64,000 bases of DNA, taken from contig OZ241740.1 in the NCBI GenBank assembly GCA_965200975.1, positions 108,300-172,299 of the forward strand, read 5' to 3'. The DNA comes from Dehalococcoidia bacterium (lineage in GTDB: Bacteria; Chloroflexota; Dehalococcoidia; Lucifugimonadales; Australimonadaceae). The notes beneath the pieces were generated by a model. It had not been told where the DNA came from and made no database searches. It saw only the letters and a list, made by a program, of their open reading frames with translations. The position numbers were made by a program, and so were the translations under genes. Of this stretch, positions 17,667-27,428 are shown one piece after another. Numbering within the stretch: position 1 is the stretch's first letter; every line of letters starts with the position of its first letter.

Positions 17667-18851
17667 ATGGTCGAGACAGACACGCTCCCAGTCGAGTCCA
17701 GTTCCGGCCCTCTTCCCGCAATGCGGCTCCAGGGTCTCAGCAAGACTTACCCGGGCAATACTGTCCCTGCCGTAAACGACCTCTCAATCGACGTCAACAT
17801 CGGCGAAATTGTCACCCTACTGGGGCCCTCCGGATGCGGCAAAAGCACCACGCTGCGTATGGTCGCCGGCCTCGAAAACCCCGACGCCGGCGCCATCCAT
17901 TTCGGCGAACGGCCCGTAGTCCTCACCGACTCCGGCTTGCGCGTGCCGCCCGAAAAGCGCGACGTCGGCATGGTCTTCCAGTCCTACGCCATCTGGCCGC
18001 ATATGACCGTTGAGGAGAACATCGCCTTCCCGCTCAAGTCGCGCCACTTCAACAGACGCGACATCAAGGAGCGCGTGGCGCGCGTGCTCGACCTCGTCGG
18101 TCTCCCCGGTCTCGAAAAACGCCCCGGCCCGCTCCTCAGCGGCGGCCAGCAACAGCGCGTTGCCCTCGCTCGCGCTCTCGTCACCGAGCCCAGCGTACTC
18201 CTGTTGGACGAGCCGTTCAGCAACCTCGACGCCAAGCTCCGCGAGCAGATGCGCATCGAGGTGAAGCAGATGCAGCGGCGCCTCAACATTCCCGTGCTGT
18301 TCGTTACGCACGACCAGATCGAGGCGCTCAGCCTGTCGGACCAGATCGCCCTGATGAATCTCGGCGTCGTTCAGCAGCACGGTTCGCCCCGCCTGCTCTA
18401 CGAAGAGCCCGCCAACGAGTTCGTCCGCGATTTCGTCGGCAAGACCGTGCTCTTCCGCGGCGAGGTGCGTTCGAGCAACCCTGCCGGGCAGGTGGCCGTA
18501 GCGATCGACGGCGCCCCTAACTGCGTGGTGTTTGGCCGCGGGTACGACCCGGAAGGGTTCCCCACCGGCAGTTCGGTGTTCATCGGCGTCCGCCCGGAGG
18601 ACGTCGAGATCGTGCCGGCGGACGGCGACGTCCCGCCGGCGGGAACGATCGGCGCGACCGTCGACACGGAGCTGTTCATCGGCGAGCGCATCGAATATCA
18701 GGTGGACGTGGACTCACAGCACCAGATGTTGATATACGGCGAGCGCCATCACCCCATGCCGGAGGGCAGCCGCGTGTGGCTGCGGCTTCGGCCCGAGGGC
18801 CACAGCGCGTGGAGTTCGGATTGGTCTCACTCGAACGCCGACGCCTCCTAG
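17667..18851 (+). CDS. ABC transporter ATP-binding protein (PotA/FbpC/MalK-like importer ATPase with a TOBE-like C-terminal domain)
   Basis: Walker A GPSGCGKST, signature LSGGQQQRVALARAL, Walker B LLLDEP. SD GAGGAGGA before ATG 17667. Confidence 0.85.
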   Translation: MVETDTLPVESSSGPLPAMRLQGLSKTYPGNTVPAVNDLSIDVNIGEIVTLLGPSGCGKSTTLRMVAGLENPDAGAIHFGERPVVLTDSGLRVPPEKRDVGMVFQSYAIWPHMTVEENIAFPLKSRHFNRRDIKERVARVLDLVGLPGLEKRPGPLLSGGQQQRVALARALVTEPSVLLLDEPFSNLDAKLREQMRIEVKQMQRRLNIPVLFVTHDQIEALSLSDQIALMNLGVVQQHGSPRLLYEEPANEFVRDFVGKTVLFRGEVRSSNPAGQVAVAIDGAPNCVVFGRGYDPEGFPTGSSVFIGVRPEDVEIVPADGDVPPAGTIGATVDTELFIGERIEYQVDVDSQHQMLIYGERHHPMPEGSRVWLRLRPEGHSAWSSDWSHSNADAS

Positions 18852-18893
18852 CCCGCAGCGCAGCGCAGCGCCATGCCCACTCACAGGCCTGCA

Positions 18894-18927
18894 GCGCCCT
18901 CCCGACGCCGGAGGGCTGGGAGGGCGC
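18894..18927 (+). promoter_or_regulatory. perfect 10-bp GC hairpin (GCGCCCTCCC-N14-GGGAGGGCGC) whose 3' arm contains the SD of the downstream gene
   Basis: Arms at 18894-18903 and 18918-18927. GGGAGGG lies 7 nt before GTG 18931. No U-tract. Confidence 0.4.
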
Positions 18928-18930
18928 CGC

Positions 18931-19560
18931 GTGAGGCTCGCCTTGCTGGCGGCGCTGGCGCCGCCCTACTTCATCGTTACGTGCGTCATCGCCACCCTCT
19001 TCGCTCCAAAGGGGTACCGCTCCGCCTCCCGCACCGTTAGCGACCTTGCAGGGCCGGACGCCCCGCACCCGGAGATCATCAACGCAGCCTTCATGGGCTA
19101 CGCCGCCCTGGTGCAGGGACTCGGCCCGCGGCTCCACCGCGCCGCCGGCGGCGGGCGGCGAGGGCGGTTGCTATGGGGGCTCGTGGGCGCCTACGGACTC
19201 GGCGGCCTCTTCGCCGGCGCCTACCGGACAGGCAGCCGGCGGAAGATCGTCCTCAGCGTCGACGAGCACACCCTGCACGGGGCGTCGGGCCGGGTCGCCT
19301 TTGGGGCGGTGCTGTCGTTGTCGCTGTTCGCGCCGTTCGTGCTGCGAGGGCGCGAATGGGCGCGGTGGCGCGTCTTTTCGTGGTTGATGTTCGCGGCCAC
19401 ATGCGCGCTCGCCGTGCCGTACCAGGCGGCAGTCCTGCGCAGCCGCCGCGGCATACTCCAGCGCGGGTTCTTCGCCACTACCATGGCGTGGGTGTTCGCC
19501 ACCGCCCTCACGCTGGCCCGCTCCCTGCCCAACCCTTCCTCGCGTTGGGGCCGGAACTAG
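18931..19560 (+). CDS. hypothetical multi-pass membrane protein (DUF998-like)
   Basis: 209 aa, about 6 hydrophobic segments, GTG start. YRSASRTVSDLAG resembles the DUF998 N-terminal motif; this is a weak recollection. Confidence 0.45.
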   Translation: MRLALLAALAPPYFIVTCVIATLFAPKGYRSASRTVSDLAGPDAPHPEIINAAFMGYAALVQGLGPRLHRAAGGGRRGRLLWGLVGAYGLGGLFAGAYRTGSRRKIVLSVDEHTLHGASGRVAFGAVLSLSLFAPFVLRGREWARWRVFSWLMFAATCALAVPYQAAVLRSRRGILQRGFFATTMAWVFATALTLARSLPNPSSRWGRN

Positions 19561-20537
19561 CAGCCCGGCTCCGAAGCGCCCTCGCGCGCCGGCGGCGGCG
19601 AGGAGAGCGCCCGCTGCTGTCGAATGTGCGCGAACAGGTAGGCGGTCGCGAGGCCCCGGTAGGGACTCCAGCGCTCGATGGCGAAAGCGTCCAGCTCGCG
19701 CTCGGCGAGACGCCGGCCTCCGAAGTACAGGTCGCCCACCGTCTGTTGAAGGGCCAGGTCGCCTGCGGGGAGCACGTCGACTCTCCCAAGCGCTCGCATC
19801 AGCGCCCACTGCGCCGTCCAGCGCCCCACGCCCCGCATCGCGCTGAGCCGCGCGATCGCCTCCTCGTCGCCCAGGCTGTCGAGCCTGTCGTAGTCGAGCT
19901 CGCCGGCGGCGGCCTGCTCCGCGACGCCGACGATGTACTCGGCCTTGCGGGCGCTTAGCTTGAGCTCCCGCAACGCGACGGCGCCCGCATCAACAAGCGT
20001 CTCAGGCCGAGGGAAGGCGTGGAGGACATTGCCGTCAGCCTCCATGGCTACGCCATACCTCGTGACCAGCGCGTCGCGGATGACGCGCGCGACCGCGCCC
20101 GAAATCTGCTGCCCCGCTATAGCCTGCGTCATCGCCTCGAAAACCGACTCGGAGCGAGTGAGCCGCAAGCCTTTGAGGCGCCCCACCGCGCCGGAAAGCA
20201 CGGGGTCGCCTGCGAGCAGGTCGTAGAAGCCGTCGAGAGGAACATCGAAGCCCAGGAGGCGCGCCGCCTCCTCCGCAGCCTCCTCCAGCGCCCCGGCGGG
20301 GCCCCCATTGGGGAGCGACACTTCGACTGCGCCGCCGTCTGCGCTGGGGCGAACGGCCATAACGAGCGGCTCGCCGCGCATCCACATCGCGCGGTAGTAC
20401 ACGCCGGCGGCGAAGAGGTCGGAGCCCGCCCTGCCGCGATAGTAGGTCTGATGGCCGACGGTGAGGTCGAAGTCGAACGGCTCCGGCGCCTCTACGCGCA
20501 GCAGCCCCTCCTGGGGGGAAGGCTTGCGGTCAGCCAT
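19557..20537 (-). CDS. alkA: DNA-3-methyladenine glycosylase II (AlkA-like HhH-GPD family)
   Basis: 326 aa from ATG 20537. HhH-GPD region MRGVGRWTAQWALMRALGRVDVLPAGDLAL. The ORF track fuses it to an upstream read-through (to 21479). Confidence 0.8.
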   Translation of the reverse strand: MADRKPSPQEGLLRVEAPEPFDFDLTVGHQTYYRGRAGSDLFAAGVYYRAMWMRGEPLVMAVRPSADGGAVEVSLPNGGPAGALEEAAEEAARLLGFDVPLDGFYDLLAGDPVLSGAVGRLKGLRLTRSESVFEAMTQAIAGQQISGAVARVIRDALVTRYGVAMEADGNVLHAFPRPETLVDAGAVALRELKLSARKAEYIVGVAEQAAAGELDYDRLDSLGDEEAIARLSAMRGVGRWTAQWALMRALGRVDVLPAGDLALQQTVGDLYFGGRRLAERELDAFAIERWSPYRGLATAYLFAHIRQQRALSSPPPAREGASEPGC

Positions 20538-20539
20538 CG

Positions 20540-21364
20540 TCAGCGCGCCACAAGGGCGCCGGGCTGGCAGGCGCGGCACCAGCTTGTGATCTTCTGGTTG
20601 GGGCCGATTTCGGAGATGGGCCCGCCGCAGCGCGGGCATGCCTCTCCTCCCTTGCGGTGCACCTTCAGGAAGTCGCGCACTTTCACATGGATGTTCGGGG
20701 GCATACGCTCGCGCACCACCGCCGTCGCCTCGTTCAGCACCTTGGGGATGGCGTCGAACACGCGGCGGAGCTCCTCGTCCGACAGCGTCCTGCGCTTGCG
20801 GAACGGCGAAACGCCGGCCTCCCACAGAATCTCGTCGACGTAGGCGTTCCCGATACCCGCGACGAGCTTGCCGCGGGCGATAACGCCCTTTATCTCGCCG
20901 GTGTACGGCTGGATGCGCTCCACGAAATCGTCGAACGTCGCGCTCGGGTCCAGCGCGTCCGGGCCTTGCTCGTGCAAACGCCGCACTTCCCCTATCTGAT
21001 CGGGGCGCACGTAGTTGATGCGGCCCATCGACTTGTCGTCGAGATAGCGGAGCTCCCTGTCCTGCGTGGCCAGCAGGAAGAACATCCGCTTCGACCGTTT
21101 CGCTGACGGCTCCGTGTACTGCCAGCGTCCTGTGAGCATCAGGTTGGCCACGAGCGCCCTGTCCGGCTCCAGAGGGAAGAGCAAGTCTTTGCCCCTGCGG
21201 ATGATCGGCCCAAACCGCCGCCCCGTAACGTCGTCGGTGAAGCTCTCCGCCGCCAGGGAGCGGACGATCCACGCCTTGGGGGCTTCCGCGCGCACTATCT
21301 CCTGCCCAACGATGCGCTCGTTGAGGAACTCGCGGATGACCTCGAGGTCCGGTATCTCCGGCAC
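20540..21364 (-). CDS. mutM: formamidopyrimidine-DNA glycosylase (Fpg/Nei family)
   Basis: 274 aa. N-terminal MPEIPDLEV (catalytic Pro2/Glu3) and C-terminal zinc finger CPRCGGPISEIGPNQKITSWCRACQ. Confidence 0.85.
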   Translation of the reverse strand: MPEIPDLEVIREFLNERIVGQEIVRAEAPKAWIVRSLAAESFTDDVTGRRFGPIIRRGKDLLFPLEPDRALVANLMLTGRWQYTEPSAKRSKRMFFLLATQDRELRYLDDKSMGRINYVRPDQIGEVRRLHEQGPDALDPSATFDDFVERIQPYTGEIKGVIARGKLVAGIGNAYVDEILWEAGVSPFRKRRTLSDEELRRVFDAIPKVLNEATAVVRERMPPNIHVKVRDFLKVHRKGGEACPRCGGPISEIGPNQKITSWCRACQPGALVAR

Positions 21365-21415
21365 GGCTCTCTTTCTCCTCCCCGTCAGGTCTCTTCTGGA
21401 CTCGCGGGCGGAGCG

Positions 21416-21424
21416 AGTATAGCA
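21416..21424 (-). promoter_or_regulatory. extended -10 promoter TGCTATACT for fpg-alkA
   Basis: The minus strand reads GTTGCTATACTCGC. The leader is about 45 nt and contains SD GGGGAGGAG. Confidence 0.45.
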
Positions 21425-21560
21425 ACGGAGTCGGCGGGCAACTGTTAAGGGTTGATGAGTCGACGCGCGATAGCGGCATGGCGAGGGCGTAGGCGCCGGC
21501 GGCGCCGGGATGCGCAGAGCATGGACGGCGCCCCGATGTTGCCGTTAGGCTAGACGTTCA

Positions 21561-22367
21561 ATGTTCGCACCCCCCTCGAATCGCCCCTCGCTCACGCCGA
21601 TACCTGACCTACTCACTGCCGCGCTGACGACGTGCTTCCGGAGCGCGCTCCCGCTCGTCGGCACTGCGTACTGCGGAGCGCTGGCCGCGAACGCTGTCGC
21701 CGCGTTCGTGAGCCCGAACTCCCTGGCGCTGCAACTGGCGTGGGGCCTGGTTATCGCCGCTCTTACGCTGGCCTTCCTCTCTCCAACGGTTTTCCTGACC
21801 TCCCGCGCCTTGCGGCGCGAAAGCTTGTCGGTAACCGCCGCGATGGTTGGGCTGGAAGAGTTCGGCCCGCGATACTTTGCGATGGGGCTGCTGCTCGGGG
21901 TAGCGACGGCCCCGCTCTTAGTCGCGCCATACCTCGCGCCGATTGCCGTCTACCCGCTCATTCGCTTTTCGCTTGCCGGCCCCTCGATAGTGCTGGAGCA
22001 GAAAGGCGTCTTTGCCGCGCTCGTCAGTAGCTGGCGGCTGCTCAAAGGCCGCTGGTGGCGGACGTTCGCGCTGCAGATGATTGTCGGCGTCTTCGCTTTC
22101 ATACTGACAGCTGCCGCCGCCAGCGCCGCAACGACCGCCGACAACCCGCTTTTTACGATCGTTTCACTGTCGATAGCGCAGGGCATCGCCGCGCCGCTTC
22201 TGGCCGCAGTCGAGCTGCTCATGTTCTACGACTACCGCTTCGCAGACACGCAAGCCGACCAGGAGGACCAAGGGTCGGCTCGCTTCGGCCCTCCGGCAGA
22301 GCGTCTGGGCGACGCGGAGGAGAGCGCCTCCGCTCCGCTCGAAAGAGAGCAGCCCCCGGAACAGTAG
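21561..22367 (+). CDS. hypothetical integral membrane protein with an acidic C-terminal tail
   Basis: 268 aa, 5-6 hydrophobic segments. I do not recognise any motif. Confidence 0.5.
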   Translation: MFAPPSNRPSLTPIPDLLTAALTTCFRSALPLVGTAYCGALAANAVAAFVSPNSLALQLAWGLVIAALTLAFLSPTVFLTSRALRRESLSVTAAMVGLEEFGPRYFAMGLLLGVATAPLLVAPYLAPIAVYPLIRFSLAGPSIVLEQKGVFAALVSSWRLLKGRWWRTFALQMIVGVFAFILTAAAASAATTADNPLFTIVSLSIAQGIAAPLLAAVELLMFYDYRFADTQADQEDQGSARFGPPAERLGDAEESASAPLEREQPPEQ

Positions 22368-22378
22368 GCGGCCCCGAG

Positions 22379-22396
22379 GCGCGCCGCCGGGCGCGC
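22379..22396. terminator. short GC hairpin between convergent genes (GCGCGCC-GCCG-GGCGCGC)
   Basis: 7-bp stem with a 4-nt loop in the 30-nt gap between stops 22367 (+) and 22398 (-). No U-tract. Confidence 0.3.
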
Positions 22397-22397
22397 G

Positions 22398-24323
22398 CTA
22401 TTCGAGGAAGTCGCGCAGCTTGCGCGAGCGGCTCGGGTGGCGGAGCTTGCGGAGCGCCTTGGCCTCGATCTGACGGATGCGCTCTCGCGTGACGCCGAAG
22501 TCTCGGCCAACCTCCTCGAGGGTGCGGCTGCGTCCGTCCTCGAGGCCGAACCGGAGCTGCAGAACGCGGCGTTCGCGCTCGCTCAGCGTGCCGAGCACGC
22601 CCTCGACCTGTTCGCGAAGCAGCTGGAAGGTTGCAGCCTCGGCGGGCGCCGGCGCGCTGCGGTCCTCGATGAAGTCGCCCAGGTGCGAGTCTTCCTCCTC
22701 GCCGACGGGAGTCTCGAGCGAGACCGGCTCCTGCGAGACCTTGAGGATCTCCCGGACGCGCTCGGGCGAGACTTCCATGCCCTCGGCGATCTCCTGCGTA
22801 GTGGGCTCGCGGCCATACTCCTGCACGAGGCGTCGGCTCACGCGCATCAGCTTGTTGATCGTCTCCACCATATGCACGGGAATGCGTATCGTCCGGGCCT
22901 GATCGGCGATAGCGCGGGTAATCGCCTGACGTATCCACCACGTTGCGTACGTCGAGAACTTGTATCCTTTGCGGTAGTCAAACTTCTCGACCGCGCGGAT
23001 GAGGCCAATGTTGCCTTCCTGAATCAGGTCGAGCAGCGACATTCCGCGCCCGATGTACTTCTTGGCGACGCTGACCACCAGCCGCAGGTTCGCCTCGGCG
23101 AGGTGCCGCTGCGCGTTGACGCCCTCCTGCTTCACCTGATTGAAGTGGCGACGCAGCAGGAACTCGTTCGACTCGATACGCTGCGACGTGTCGGCGTCGA
23201 GCAGCATCTCGTCGAGCTCCGTCAGGGCGATGTCGGCGCCGACGATGTCGAGGATGTCGCGGGGCAGGACGTGGCTGCCGAGCGACAGCTGCACAACCTC
23301 CGGCCCGACCTCGTTCGGCTCTTTGTCGTACCGCCTGCCGAGCGTTTCGAGCATATCGACGTTGTTTTCGCCGTCGATGTTTGCGCGAAGCTTCTCGTTC
23401 GTCATCAGTTCGCCGATGGTCATCTCCTCTTCGATGGCGAGGAATTCGGCGATGGCCTCGACGAGATCGCGCTGCTCGTGGAGGCGCCCCAGCAGCCGCT
23501 CGGCGACGTTCGCCGCCTGGGCGGGCCGCCCTGTGTCCTGAAGCGCTTCTTTTTCGAACTTGTCGACGTGCTTGTAGGAAGCGAGCTGCAAGGCCAGGCG
23601 CCGTTCGTCCGCCGCCGTTAGCAGGGTTACCCGCCCGATCTCCCGCAGGTACATCCGGACGGGGTCGTCGATGAGTTCGCCGCTGTCCAGGTCTTCCTGC
23701 TGGGCGTCCTCCTCGGCCTCCTTGGCCTCGTGCTCGGTCTCCTTCAGTTCCGAGGGAGCAGGCTCTCGCTGCGCGTCGAGTTCGTCGGCGATCGCGGCGG
23801 CGAGCGCGTCTCCCCACGTCGGCTGAGCCGCATCGGCGGAAGGAGCGGGCGCCGTCTCTTCCGCTGTGGACGCTGACGGCGCGTCTACAGAGCCCTCCGC
23901 TTCGGAAGGCTGGGCCGAGGCCGGCGCCTCCGCTGACTCCGTCGGGACGACCGCCTCGACAGCCGCGACAGGCGCCACGGCTTTCGATTTCGAGCGGGAC
24001 GCTCGCTTCCGCGGAGAGGCGGCGGCCTCCGGCTCGGGCTCCGCGACTGCAGCAGCGCTTCCGGACGATTCCTGCTCCGCCGCAGGCTCGGAGGACTGGG
24101 CAAGAGCGGCGCCGTTCTCCCGCGCATCGGCACCGTTGGGAGAAGACACGGCCTTCGACCTGGCGCGCGGCTTCGAGGCCTTCCGTGGAGCAGTCCGCTG
24201 CGATGCTGCTGCTCCGTTGTCCGCGGCGCTAGCCTGGACTGCTTGCGGTTCGGAGGCTGCGGAATCGGACTCCGCAGTTTCCGGTGTCGTTTCGGGGGGC
24301 CGGGTTGCTTGTTTGGTCGCCAA
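22398..24323 (-). CDS. rpoD: primary RNA polymerase sigma factor (RpoD/SigA) with a low-complexity N-terminal extension of about 218 aa
   Basis: 641 aa. Region 2 [14 protein letters not shown] and region 4.2 [30 protein letters not shown]. Confidence 0.93.
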   Translation of the reverse strand: MATKQATRPPETTPETAESDSAASEPQAVQASAADNGAAASQRTAPRKASKPRARSKAVSSPNGADARENGAALAQSSEPAAEQESSGSAAAVAEPEPEAAASPRKRASRSKSKAVAPVAAVEAVVPTESAEAPASAQPSEAEGSVDAPSASTAEETAPAPSADAAQPTWGDALAAAIADELDAQREPAPSELKETEHEAKEAEEDAQQEDLDSGELIDDPVRMYLREIGRVTLLTAADERRLALQLASYKHVDKFEKEALQDTGRPAQAANVAERLLGRLHEQRDLVEAIAEFLAIEEEMTIGELMTNEKLRANIDGENNVDMLETLGRRYDKEPNEVGPEVVQLSLGSHVLPRDILDIVGADIALTELDEMLLDADTSQRIESNEFLLRRHFNQVKQEGVNAQRHLAEANLRLVVSVAKKYIGRGMSLLDLIQEGNIGLIRAVEKFDYRKGYKFSTYATWWIRQAITRAIADQARTIRIPVHMVETINKLMRVSRRLVQEYGREPTTQEIAEGMEVSPERVREILKVSQEPVSLETPVGEEEDSHLGDFIEDRSAPAPAEAATFQLLREQVEGVLGTLSERERRVLQLRFGLEDGRSRTLEEVGRDFGVTRERIRQIEAKALRKLRHPSRSRKLRDFLE

Positions 24324-24364
24324 GATATGACCTCGCAGCTGTCTGGCGGCCGAGCATGGAGCGG

Positions 24365-26215
24365 TTAGCCCGGGCCGCGAACGAACAGATCCTGTAGCCG
24401 CCGATTAATGTCCAGCGCAGAGCGGCCAACAGCCTCTAGATATTCGGGGTCTGCTGGAGCGTCACCCGCTGCGTCCCTCGCAAACGCCGCTCCTTCTTGC
24501 GCCTTAAGCTCGCGGAGACGGCGCTCCTCGAGCCTGCGCAAGCACTCTTCCCACGCCGCTGCTCGCTGCTGTTTGTCGGCCGGGGGAAACGCCCCTTGCG
24601 AGAGCCTGACCAGTCGGTCGGCGAGTTGGCCGTCCAGTTGCGCGAGCGCATCCTGCATTGTAGCACATACTTGAACGGCGCTCAAGGTCTCCCGGTTCTC
24701 CCAGTGACGGAAATGCCCCGCATCCACCAACGTGGCCTTCTCCCAAAACTCCTCCGGATGCTGCGCGAGGAGGGCGAGCACCTGCTCCTCCAGCGGGTCG
24801 CGCTCTGCCGCGGCGATGACGGGATCGACCGGATGCTGCGGGTCGGCGGAAGGGCGGGGCCGCGGCGCCGGTCGGCGAGCGCCCGCCGGCTGCGCGCCCA
24901 TCTGTTTGGCGCGCGCCTGAAGCTGCTCCACCGACACGCCGACCAGCTCCGCCAGCTGCCGGAAGTAGCGCTCCTGGTCCACCCAGCCCAGCGCGTAGGT
25001 GATGGGCAGAAGCCGCTCGACCAGCGCGGTCTTGCCTGCCGTTGTGGCGAGGTCGTGCCTGGGCGGCTCGACCCTGTAGAGGAACTCGACAACGGGGATA
25101 GCCTCGTTCAGCAGACGGCGGAACTCGCCGACGTCCGTCCTGATTAGTTCGTCGGGATCCTTGCCGGCGGAGTATGCGGCGATGAACAGAGCGCTAAGGT
25201 CGGCGGGGCGGTTGCGCAACTCCGTGCCTCGCGCGCCCGGCACAGGACTTCCTGCGAGCACGGCTATGCTGTCGAGGCTGCGCCGCACCGCCTCCTGCCC
25301 TGCGGCGTCGGCGTCGAGGGCGAGGATGATGCGCTCGGCGCGGGCCCTGAGCAGGTCGATCTGCGGGGGCGTGAGGGCAGTGCCCATAGTGGCGACGACG
25401 TTGCGGACGCCATGCTCATGGGCGGCGATAACGTCCATATAGCCCTCGACGACAACGGCGGTCTTCTCGGCGCTGATCGCCTCTTTGGCGCGGTCGAAGC
25501 CGTAGAGCATGCGCCCTTTGTCGAATACCGGCGTCTGAGGCGTGTTGATGTATTTGGGGTCGGAGCCGTCGAGGGTGCGGCCTGCGAAGCCGGCGATGCG
25601 GCCATCGGCGTCGCGCAGGGGAAACATCAGGCGCCCGCGGAACATTGCGCGAGCAGGGCCGGTCTCGCCGTCGCCGCCGATAGCAAGGCCGGCGCGGTGA
25701 ACCAGGGCGGGGTCGAAGCCGAGAGCGGCGAGGCGCGAGAGGATCTCTTCTCCGGCGGCGGGCGCGTAGCCGACGCCAAAGCGGGCGATGGACTCGTCGG
25801 TGAGGCGGCGGGCGTCGGCATAGGCGCGGGCCTGGGCGCCGCGGTCAGCGACGAAGGCGTCGCGAAATAGCTGCTGAGCAGCGTCGTTGACAGAGTAGAG
25901 GGGGTTCTCGACGCGCTCCGCCGCGCGTCGCTGCTCGATGTGTACGCCTGCGCGGGCGGCCAGGGAACGGAGGGCGGCGGAGAAGTCGACTCCCTCAGCC
26001 TTCATGACGAACGAGAAGAGGTCGCCGCCTGTGGCGCACGCGCCGAAACAGCGCCACGTCTGCCGGTCGGGGAAGACGACGAACGAGGGAGTGCGCTCCT
26101 GATGGAATGGGCAGCGAGCGTGATAGTTCTTCCCCGACCGCTTCAGATCGGGGACGTGGTCGGCTACGACATCGACGATGTCGAGCCGCGCCTTGATTTC
26201 GTCAGCGACGCCCAT
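24365..26215 (-). CDS. dnaG: DNA primase
   Basis: 616 aa. Zinc finger [25 protein letters not shown]; TOPRIM motifs VVVEGYMDV and LALDADAAG. Confidence 0.92.
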   Translation of the reverse strand: MGVADEIKARLDIVDVVADHVPDLKRSGKNYHARCPFHQERTPSFVVFPDRQTWRCFGACATGGDLFSFVMKAEGVDFSAALRSLAARAGVHIEQRRAAERVENPLYSVNDAAQQLFRDAFVADRGAQARAYADARRLTDESIARFGVGYAPAAGEEILSRLAALGFDPALVHRAGLAIGGDGETGPARAMFRGRLMFPLRDADGRIAGFAGRTLDGSDPKYINTPQTPVFDKGRMLYGFDRAKEAISAEKTAVVVEGYMDVIAAHEHGVRNVVATMGTALTPPQIDLLRARAERIILALDADAAGQEAVRRSLDSIAVLAGSPVPGARGTELRNRPADLSALFIAAYSAGKDPDELIRTDVGEFRRLLNEAIPVVEFLYRVEPPRHDLATTAGKTALVERLLPITYALGWVDQERYFRQLAELVGVSVEQLQARAKQMGAQPAGARRPAPRPRPSADPQHPVDPVIAAAERDPLEEQVLALLAQHPEEFWEKATLVDAGHFRHWENRETLSAVQVCATMQDALAQLDGQLADRLVRLSQGAFPPADKQQRAAAWEECLRRLEERRLRELKAQEGAAFARDAAGDAPADPEYLEAVGRSALDINRRLQDLFVRGPG

Positions 26216-26282
26216 AACGCCTTATTCTAGGGGCGCTCTCCCCTGGGAACCGCAAGTGAGCGCTATACGTGTTAGCCGGTAG

Positions 26283-27383
26283 TTAAGGCCCGGGAGAGGA
26301 GTCCGACGCGATGCCGGGGCGCAGGCGCTCGGCGAGGGTGAGCGCGTACTGGTCGGTCATGCCGGCGATGTAGTCGGTGACAGCGCGCTCGGCGGAGTCG
26401 GCGGAAGCGTAGTAGCGCCCCGGCGTCTCGTTGGGATGCGCCAGCAGATAGTCGTAAAGGAACTCAACGACAACCCTTGCGTTCGCGCCCTCAGGCCCGT
26501 CGCCGGCGGGGACGTAAACGCTGTCGTACATAAACTCCCGCAGTTCAGTGACGACGCGGGCGACCTCCGGGCTCATGGCGAGGCGGGGCCGGTTGTCGCC
26601 ATCGGCGGCGGCGTTGTAGCCGGCGGCGGGCCACGACGCCTCGACTATATCGCGGACCATCACGTCGAGCCGCTGCGAGTGGCGGCGGCCCAGCGCCTCG
26701 CGCGCGCCGGCAGGCAGGTCGGACTCGTCGAGCACGCCAGCGCGGATTGCGTCGCCGATGTCGTGCGCAAGGTAGGCGATAGCGTCCGAGACGCGGACGA
26801 CCTGCGCCTCGAGGGTGAGCTCGTCGAGATCGGCGGAGTCGAGGAAGTTGCCGCGCGGCTTGGAGTGGCGAAGTATCGCCTGCCGGGTCTCGTGGGTGAG
26901 GTTAAGTCCGGCGCCGTCCTTTTCGAGGATGTCAACGGTGCGGAGGCTCTGCTCGTTGTGGCGAAACCCGCCGGGGCGGAGGCGGTCGAGCACTTGCTCG
27001 CCGATATGGCCGAACGGGGTGTGACCGATGTCGTGGCCCAGAGCCGCCGCCTCCACGAGGTCTTCGTTCAGGCGGAGCGCCCGGGCGATGGTGCGGGCGA
27101 TCTGCGTCACCTCGAGCGTGTGGGTGAGCCGGGTTACAAAGTGGTCGCCGACGGGCGCGACGAACACCTGAGTCTTGTGCTTGAGCCGGCGGAAGGCGTT
27201 GGTGTGGATGACGCGGTCGCGGTCGCGCTGGAACTCGGTGCGGAGGTCGTCGAGCGGTTCGGGGTTGGGCCGTCCCGCTGAACGGACGCTCAGGGACGCA
27301 TAAGGCGACAGGCGGAGCGTTTCGCCCTGCTCCGCATACTCGCGGACGACGGCGAGCTCGCCCAAGGTTAGGGGACGCTGCAT
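26283..27383 (-). CDS. dgt: dGTP triphosphohydrolase-like HD-domain protein
   Basis: 366 aa. HD motif LGHDIGHTPFGH and conserved TRLTHTLEV. Confidence 0.88.
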   Translation of the reverse strand: MQRPLTLGELAVVREYAEQGETLRLSPYASLSVRSAGRPNPEPLDDLRTEFQRDRDRVIHTNAFRRLKHKTQVFVAPVGDHFVTRLTHTLEVTQIARTIARALRLNEDLVEAAALGHDIGHTPFGHIGEQVLDRLRPGGFRHNEQSLRTVDILEKDGAGLNLTHETRQAILRHSKPRGNFLDSADLDELTLEAQVVRVSDAIAYLAHDIGDAIRAGVLDESDLPAGAREALGRRHSQRLDVMVRDIVEASWPAAGYNAAADGDNRPRLAMSPEVARVVTELREFMYDSVYVPAGDGPEGANARVVVEFLYDYLLAHPNETPGRYYASADSAERAVTDYIAGMTDQYALTLAERLRPGIASDSSPGP

Positions 27384-27428
27384 GCGGCTAGTTTAGCAGG
27401 CGCGGCGCGTCAGGCGCCGGAGCGTCCG

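Noticed and set aside
18852-18870. (GCAGC)x3 microsatellite after the ABC ATPase stop
   Set aside because: Only three units in GC-rich DNA. No functional context.
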